Shown in pieces: positions 58,660 through 64,000 of a stretch of DNA of 64,000 bases. The first letter of the stretch is position 1; each line of letters begins with the position of its first letter. Location of the stretch: IMG/VR virus record IMGVR_UViG_3300031555_004349, positions 32,001 to 96,000 of that record; one strand, written 5' to 3'. This stretch comes from a virus. Its lineage: Duplodnaviria; Caudoviricetes. The translations under genes were made by a program, and so were the position numbers. The notes under the pieces were generated by a model. It did not search any database. It was not told where the DNA came from and saw only the letters and a list, made by a program, of their open reading frames with translations.

Positions 58660-58756
58660 AAGGCACATACAGCAATTATACTTTCAAAAAGTTGGTTATC
58701 CTTGGTTCAATTCCAAGTCTTCGAGCCATTTCTTTCGAGGAATATTTGAGTGCCTT
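58660..58756 (+). ncRNA. ACAGCA-motif RNA, unit 4 (contains a tRNA T-arm)
   Basis: AAGGCAC-ATACAGCAA...GTGCCTT; CTTGG-TTCAATT-CCAAG at 58701-58717. Confidence 0.7.
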
Positions 58757-58790
58757 GTTTTATTTTAAAATAAGAAAATGGAGGTTTAGA

Positions 58791-60320
58791 ATGGAAGATA
58801 TATTTTTAGCAAGTTTAAAAAGAGAGACAAATGAAGCAATTACAGAAAATGGAGCATTAGCTTTTAATTCAACAAATTCAAGTTTATTAGATTTATTTGG
58901 TACAATTGGCGCACTTAGAAATAGACCTTCATCAGACGTAATAGATAAATTCACAAAAGCATTTTCAGAAGATAAATTATTAGCTATGAAAATGTTATTT
59001 TATGCAAGAAATATTAGAGGTGGATTAGGAGAAAGAAAAGTTTTTCGTACTATAATTCATTATATGGCAAATGTTCACCCTGATGTTATGAAGAAAAATA
59101 TTAACTTAGTTCCTTTTTTTGGAAGATGGGACGATTTATATGAGTTTGTGGGAACGTCATTAGAAGATGATGCGTTTGATTTTATTACTGTTCAATTAGC
59201 TATAGATGAGACTTTTATGGCTCATAATAAACCTATTAGCTTAATGGCAAAATGGTTAAAATCAACTTCTGGAGTTTCTGTTGAGTCTGCTAAATTAGGT
59301 AAGTTAACTGCTAAAAAATTAGGTTTAACTTATAAAGAATATAGACAAAAATTATCTAAATTAAGAAGTTATTTAAATATAGTAGAAACTAATATGAGTA
59401 ATGATAAATGGAATGAAATCATTTATCGTGAAGTTCCCGCGCTAGCTATGAAAAAATATAGAAACGCATTTAAAGAACATAATTTAGTAGAATTCAAAGA
59501 GTACATTGAAAAAGTTAAAAAAGGTGAAGAAACTATTAAAGCCGCAACTTTATATCCATATAATATTATGGAAAGTGCTGGTTTAAGAGATGACTATAAT
59601 GGTAAATTAAAATTAAGAACTTGGGACGAAATATTGGAAGAACAATGGAAAGCTTTACCTAATTATGTTGAAGGAGAAAACAATATAATGGTTATGGCTG
59701 ATACTTCTGGTTCAATGTCTGGTAGACCTTTAGCTACTTCTGTTGGTTTAGCAATTTATTTCGCTGAAAGAAACCAAGGTCCTTATAAAGATAAATTTAT
59801 TACCTTTGCAGGAGAACCAAAATACATTGAACTAAAAGGTACAAACTTAATGGAAAAAGTAGCTTGTATTCCTGAAATTAATACAAGAAATACTAATATA
59901 GAAGCAGCTTTTAATTTAATTTTAGATACTGCTATTCATAATAATTTACCACAAGAAAGTCTACCAAAAGCAATTGTTATAATTTCAGATATGGAATTTG
60001 ATAGTGCGGCTGACACAGATGCTTACAACTATTGGAGACGCTCAAGCTCAAATGAAGTAACTGAAAAACATAATAAATTAATGGAAGACTTAAATAATAA
60101 GTTTAGTGTAAATGGCTATAAAATGCCAAAAATTATATATTGGAATGTTGATTCTAGAAATGATATTTATCACGCAACTTGTGAACAACACAATGTTGCT
60201 ATGGTAAGTGGTCAATCTACATCTACATTTAAAACTGTATTAAAGTCAATAGATGAAGATGCGTTTGAAATGATGATAAACACTTTAAGCGACCCAATGT
60301 ATGATTTAGTTGAAGTATAA
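58791..60320 (+). CDS. Ro60/TROVE-like helical + vWA protein (DUF2828-type)
   Basis: TENGALA..ST.S.LLDLF, RNIRGGLGER, FGRWDDL, AKWL; MIDAS DTSGSM; TNIEAAF; ISDMEFD; YWNV. GGAGG RBS before ATG 58791; the track extension runs through the RNA array. Confidence 0.8.
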   Translation: MEDIFLASLKRETNEAITENGALAFNSTNSSLLDLFGTIGALRNRPSSDVIDKFTKAFSEDKLLAMKMLFYARNIRGGLGERKVFRTIIHYMANVHPDVMKKNINLVPFFGRWDDLYEFVGTSLEDDAFDFITVQLAIDETFMAHNKPISLMAKWLKSTSGVSVESAKLGKLTAKKLGLTYKEYRQKLSKLRSYLNIVETNMSNDKWNEIIYREVPALAMKKYRNAFKEHNLVEFKEYIEKVKKGEETIKAATLYPYNIMESAGLRDDYNGKLKLRTWDEILEEQWKALPNYVEGENNIMVMADTSGSMSGRPLATSVGLAIYFAERNQGPYKDKFITFAGEPKYIELKGTNLMEKVACIPEINTRNTNIEAAFNLILDTAIHNNLPQESLPKAIVIISDMEFDSAADTDAYNYWRRSSSNEVTEKHNKLMEDLNNKFSVNGYKMPKIIYWNVDSRNDIYHATCEQHNVAMVSGQSTSTFKTVLKSIDEDAFEMMINTLSDPMYDLVEV

Positions 60321-60323
60321 AAT

Positions 60324-60348
60324 TAAAAGAGAGTTTTTCTCTCTTTTA
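60324..60348 (+). terminator. Intrinsic terminator
   Basis: TAAAAGAGAG-ttttt-CTCTCTTTTA right after the vWA gene. Confidence 0.6.
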
Positions 60349-60378
60349 GTTAATATATATTTAAAAGGAGTTTTTTGT

Positions 60379-60591
60379 ATGGACAATTTTTATGATGACC
60401 ATCGTTGGCATTGGTGGCATTGGTTAATTCTTGTTCTTGCTATATTAGCTGGGTTAGGTTTAGCTTATACTTGGATAAATAATTATGATATAGTAAAGAA
60501 AGATAATCAATCATATGTCAATGGAATTGAAACAACAATAGAACATCCAATAAATACAACAGAAAATGCAGTAAATGATATAGTAAAATAA
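60379..60591 (+). CDS. Small single-TM protein
   Basis: Start MDNFY with AAGGAG RBS; WHWWHW followed by a TM segment. Confidence 0.6.
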   Translation: MDNFYDDHRWHWWHWLILVLAILAGLGLAYTWINNYDIVKKDNQSYVNGIETTIEHPINTTENAVNDIVK

Positions 60592-60639
60592 CAAACTGGC
60601 GCGATTACAACTTAGTTTTCGCGCCTTATTTATTAAAGT

Positions 60640-60668
60640 TTGATTTTTAATGGAAATTTTTGTATAAT
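60640..60668 (+). promoter_or_regulatory. Sigma-A-type promoter
   Basis: TTGATT-N17-TATAAT. Confidence 0.7.
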
Positions 60669-60691
60669 TATATTATAAATAAAAAATATAT

Positions 60692-60768
<77 letters not shown>

Positions 60769-60788
60769 TTTTTATAAAGGAGAAATAT

Positions 60789-61667
60789 ATGGATAAATAT
60801 AGTAAAACAGCATATTTTCATTTACCATTTAATTTTGAATATTTAAAATTATATGAAAAAGTATTAGAATTGTATGAAACAAAACCAGAATTATTTAAAG
60901 ATAACGTTAAAATAGGTTCTTTTTATGGCTCTCCTAATGGCGCTATTTGGAATGGTGGAAGAATGTTTGCAGGTTCTATATTAAAAAAACAATTAGAAGA
61001 AGTTAGAGATTGGTTATATTCTTATAATATTCCATTTCGTTTTACTTTTACCAATTGTTTAATTGAAGAGAATCATTTGAATGACACTTATTGTAATAAT
61101 ATTTTAGATATTTTTAACAATGGTAAAAATGAAGTATTATGTAATGTAGAATTATTAGAAAATTATATAAGAAATAAATATGGTGATAATTACAAATATA
61201 TTTCTTCAACAACAAAAAGATTAGTTGATAAGAAGCAACAGCAAAAAGAAATAACAAAAAATTATAGTTTAGTTGTATTAGATTATGATTTTAATAAAGA
61301 TTTTGATTTTTTAAAAACGATTAAGGAAAGAAATAAATGTGAAATTTTATGTAATGCAGTTTGTGTAGCAAATTGTCCAAATAGAGTTCAACATTATAAA
61401 AATATTTCTCGTTGTCAGTTATTAAATGATACAGATGATTTATTAGAATGTAGTGAAACAGGAAAAAGATTTTGGCAAATCCACGAAAATAAAAATTTTA
61501 TTTCAAATAAAAATATTGACCGTTATCTTCAAATGGGATTTGAAAATTTCAAACTAGAAGGAAGAACAGCACATCCACTTGATTTAGTAGAAATTTTTGT
61601 TTATTATTTATTTAAGGACAGCAAAGCTGGAATAGTAAGAGAAATTTTACAGGAGGTAGTATGGTAA
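60789..61667 (+). CDS. Peptidase-U32-like Fe-S protein
   Basis: EILCNAVCVANC..R..HY...C and FKLEGR (U32 KIEGR motif); real start MDKYS. Confidence 0.55.
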   Translation: MDKYSKTAYFHLPFNFEYLKLYEKVLELYETKPELFKDNVKIGSFYGSPNGAIWNGGRMFAGSILKKQLEEVRDWLYSYNIPFRFTFTNCLIEENHLNDTYCNNILDIFNNGKNEVLCNVELLENYIRNKYGDNYKYISSTTKRLVDKKQQQKEITKNYSLVVLDYDFNKDFDFLKTIKERNKCEILCNAVCVANCPNRVQHYKNISRCQLLNDTDDLLECSETGKRFWQIHENKNFISNKNIDRYLQMGFENFKLEGRTAHPLDLVEIFVYYLFKDSKAGIVREILQEVVW

Positions 61668-61852
61668 TGAAAGAAATTTTAGGATTTAAATACAACAAAC
61701 AAGAGTTAAATGATGATAGTAAATGCCCAAATTGTGGATATGATTTAAATTTACCAGTTGGTATGGTTACAACAAACTGGTTTTGTACAAAACATTGGGA
61801 TTTATATACTTGTGGTAAATGTAATTTACAATGGCGAGTAAGTAAAAAATAA
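61667..61852 (+). CDS. Small Zn-ribbon protein
   Basis: CPNCG...CGKC. Confidence 0.6.
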   Translation: MKEILGFKYNKQELNDDSKCPNCGYDLNLPVGMVTTNWFCTKHWDLYTCGKCNLQWRVSKK

Positions 61853-61868
61853 ATAGAAAGGAGATTTT

Positions 61869-62138
61869 ATGTTTAGAAGAAAAAAATTTAAGTTTACTTT
61901 TCATAAAAGATGGCTTGAAGGAAGAGATAATGAGCATTACAAATTGATTACAGATAGTGAAATTTGTTCTCAAACTATTGAGTATGCGCAGGCTTATAAT
62001 TTAGACATAAAAACTATATCTTTAAGTAATTTACATAAATGTGTAATAGTATTAAAAGGCGATAGAAATGATTATTTGTATTTTGTAAGAAAATTTGTAG
62101 AAGGAAATAGTAATTATATAGAACAAATTTATTTTTAA
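61869..62138 (+). CDS. Hypothetical protein
   Basis: AAGGAG RBS. Confidence 0.6.
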   Translation: MFRRKKFKFTFHKRWLEGRDNEHYKLITDSEICSQTIEYAQAYNLDIKTISLSNLHKCVIVLKGDRNDYLYFVRKFVEGNSNYIEQIYF

Positions 62139-62155
62139 GGAAGTGAAAAGTTCAA

Positions 62156-62491
62156 ATGAAGTGTGATAGTTTAGAAATGTTAATTAGACAAATATATTAT
62201 GGAATAATGCAAGATAGTTATGATAGACAAATTGAAATGAGTTTTGATAATCAAGAAATTATAATGACAGTTTTTGAAAATGAAATTCCTATAAAAATTC
62301 ATTTTGAAGATGTATATTATGAAGATGGTACAAAACATAATAAATTAACGGCTGAAGTTTATACTGAATTATGTAGAGTAAATATAGGCGCAGGCTGGTT
62401 AAAAGAATTAGATGATATATGTCGTTTAATTGAAGAAAATGAACATATATTTAGAGTATTATTTGAGAAAGGAAGTAAGAAAAATGGTTAA
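62156..62491 (+). CDS. Hypothetical protein
   Basis: Operon context. Confidence 0.55.
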   Translation: MKCDSLEMLIRQIYYGIMQDSYDRQIEMSFDNQEIIMTVFENEIPIKIHFEDVYYEDGTKHNKLTAEVYTELCRVNIGAGWLKELDDICRLIEENEHIFRVLFEKGSKKNG

Positions 62492-62888
62492 AGTTCAATT
62501 TAAAAACACTTATGAAAATATATATAATGGTAGAGAATATTACTACAAAGACTTCGATGGTGTTGAAATTGGAGATATAGTTGTAGTTAATACTCGTAGT
62601 GGTTACGCAATCGCGCGAGTTAGTGATATTAATTGCACTAATTTTGTGGGCGATACTGATAGATTAGCTACTATTGAAAAAATAGTAATTACTAAAAAAG
62701 AATTAGATGAAAAAGAACAGTTAGAAAAAGAAAAACAAATAAGAATAAATAATTTTGTTAATGAAGCAAAAAGAAAAGCTTTATTAGGACATTTAAGTGA
62801 TTTTACAACTGACGAGAATTTCTTAAAAGAATTAGCATCTTTGTCTTTGGTTGAGTTAGAAACAATTTCAAATTTATTATCTTTATAA
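62484..62888 (+). CDS. Hypothetical protein
   Basis: Start MVKVQF; VEIGDIVVVNT..GY..ARV. Confidence 0.55.
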   Translation: MVKVQFKNTYENIYNGREYYYKDFDGVEIGDIVVVNTRSGYAIARVSDINCTNFVGDTDRLATIEKIVITKKELDEKEQLEKEKQIRINNFVNEAKRKALLGHLSDFTTDENFLKELASLSLVELETISNLLSL

Positions 62889-62900
62889 AAGGAGGTTCAT

Positions 62901-63191
62901 ATGAGTAAAACTAATGCTGATAAAAAAGTAAACAGATATGTTAAAAATTTAAATAGATGTATAGCTAAAGATGTTTTTGGTGATAGATTTTTTCTAAGAC
63001 AGTACCAAAAAACTAGATATGATGGATTAGAATATTACTTATATGAAATGATAGATAGAGTTGACCCTACAAGAAATAAAGTAATTCATCATTGGTTTTC
63101 TAAATTTGAAATTTTAACTTTTCATAATTTAGATATGGAAATAAATGATTTTATTGTTTATTCTAATTTTTGGAAAGAATTTAAAAAGTAA
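62901..63191 (+). CDS. Hypothetical protein
   Basis: AAGGAGG RBS. Confidence 0.6.
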   Translation: MSKTNADKKVNRYVKNLNRCIAKDVFGDRFFLRQYQKTRYDGLEYYLYEMIDRVDPTRNKVIHHWFSKFEILTFHNLDMEINDFIVYSNFWKEFKK

Positions 63192-63195
63192 AAAT

Positions 63196-63224
63196 TTGAT
63201 TTTCATTTAAAAATATAGTATAAT
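63196..63224 (+). promoter_or_regulatory. Sigma-A-type promoter for the RNA cluster
   Basis: TTGATT-N17-TATAAT. Confidence 0.7.
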
Positions 63225-63243
63225 TATATTATAGAAAAAAGAA

Positions 63244-63397
63244 AAGAGGTACTTAATATATACGCATTAAGTTAAATGTGAATAGCGATAAGTTCTAGCC
63301 TCTCTGCCATAGTGGGTACAATCGGCGAGGTAACTCTTAAAGATATCCAATAGATGTCGTCGTTTCAATTATGAGTAATATAAAGGATTGGCTATGG
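63244..63397 (+). ncRNA. Unassigned structured RNA
   Basis: Non-coding, downstream of a promoter; AGAGGT/GCCTCT and CCATAGT..CAATC/GATTG-GCTATGG helices. Confidence 0.4.
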
Positions 63398-63407
63398 AAG
63401 TTTATAT

Positions 63408-63482
63408 GGCCCGTTGGGCAAGTGGTTAAGCCACCACCCCTTCACGGTGGAGTCAGCAGTTCGAATCTGCTACGGGCTACCA
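63408..63482 (+). tRNA. tRNA-Glu(TTC) with C33
   Basis: GGCCCGT/ACGGGCT, A73, CCA; CCACC-CC-TTC-AC-GGTGG. Confidence 0.88.
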
Positions 63483-63541
63483 ACATATGTTAGCGTTTGA
63501 GTCATATGCTATAAGGGATATATACCAATGGCTCACCATAT

Positions 63542-63626
63542 GCCGTCTGTCCGGGTGGTGAGGGCGCTGCCTTGAAAGCAGTTGGTCTGAAAGGGCTTGC
63601 AGGTTCGAATCCTGTGGACGGCGCCA
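63542..63626 (+). tRNA. tRNA-Ser(TGA)
   Basis: GCCGTCT/GGACGGC, G73, CCA; GCTGC-CT-TGA-AA-GCAGT; long variable arm; atypical D region. Confidence 0.85.
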
Positions 63627-63634
63627 ATTAAAAG

Positions 63635-63663
63635 TTGATTTATATTACAATTTGCATTATAAT
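63635..63663 (+). promoter_or_regulatory. Sigma-A-type promoter
   Basis: TTGATT-N17-TATAAT. Confidence 0.7.
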
Positions 63664-63672
63664 ATAAATATA

Positions 63673-63919
63673 AATTAGTTGAGAAAGCTCGTAAGCTAAT
63701 TGGGTAGCTAACCTTGCTATATGTAAACTGCAACTCGAGCAATGCAGGTCTCTAATGAGCCGAGAAAATGAAGTAGTGGAAGTCATGAGCCATGAATAAG
63801 TATCTCGCTATAATTGCAGTAAACTTTCTCGTAAAATCATAGGGAGGATTTCTAATTTCAGTCATCTTATGCGACATTTAGGGGACATAAGAGTAGTAGG
63901 TGGTCTACTTCAAAACCAC
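63673..63919 (+). ncRNA. Unassigned ~250-nt structured RNA
   Basis: Own promoter; helices ACTGCAA/TTGCAGT and TCTTATG/CATAAGA; 3' pseudoknot AGTAG/CTACT + GTGGT/ACCAC. Confidence 0.5.
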
Positions 63920-63927
63920 ATTTAAAT

Positions 63928-64000
63928 GGCCTACTCGTTCAACGGTTAGGATAGCACACTGTCACTGTGCAGACAAGAGTTCAACTCTCTTGTAGGTCGC
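63928..64000 (+). tRNA. tRNA-Asp(GTC), 3' CCA cut off by the window edge
   Basis: GGCCTAC/GTAGGTC, G73; GCACA-CT-GTC-AC-TGTGC. Confidence 0.92.

Noticed and set aside
58202-58756. CRISPR array interpretation of the ACAGCA repeats
   Set aside because: The shared sequence is only about 9 nt, unit lengths vary from 65 to 153 nt, the flanks covary as helices, and no cas genes are present.
60598-60625. GGCGCGA/TCGCGCC hairpin with a TTACAAC loop as a degenerate unit
   Set aside because: It lacks ACAGCA and is followed by T-rich sequence after a stop codon, so it is more likely a terminator.
63288-63310. preQ1 riboswitch suggested by GTTCTAGC
   Set aside because: The flanking P1 helix and 3' A-rich tail are missing, and no downstream CDS follows.

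Overview
The window is a 64-kb segment of a large, very AT-rich tailed dsDNA phage. The host is probably an anaerobic Firmicute (Clostridia-like): SD sites are GGAGG, promoters are sigma-A type, the only RNR is class III, and a SpoIIR-like gene is present. Layout: (1) 1-10.3 kb, + strand: tail/baseplate genes, endolysin, holin. (2) 10.3-39.3 kb, - strand: nucleotide metabolism and replication (RuvC, ThyX, dUTPase, NrdDG, a DnaE split by a +1 frameshift, RecJ, primase, helicase, Sak4-like ATPase, SSB, GyrA/B, ligase, dNMP kinase, nucleotidyltransferase, PNK-HD, RNase H). (3) 39.4-50 kb, - strand: a second cassette of fibre/decoration-like genes. (4) 51-64 kb, + strand: an accessory region with GlyA, HNH, phosphoesterase, tmRNA, six tRNAs and several unassigned structured RNAs. 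The best candidate for an undescribed system is a family of five non-coding RNA units. Each has a covarying terminal helix followed directly by an invariant A(C/T)ACAGCA motif and an unrelated structured interior, and some interiors carry tRNA-like anticodon or T arms. Four units sit in tandem between a sigma-A promoter and a Ro60/TROVE-like vWA (DUF2828-type) gene, next to a cyclic-phosphate receiver-domain gene. This suggests a phage Ro60-like protein plus Y-RNA-like/tRNA-decoy array. All family assignments come from motif recognition by eye; no searches were run.
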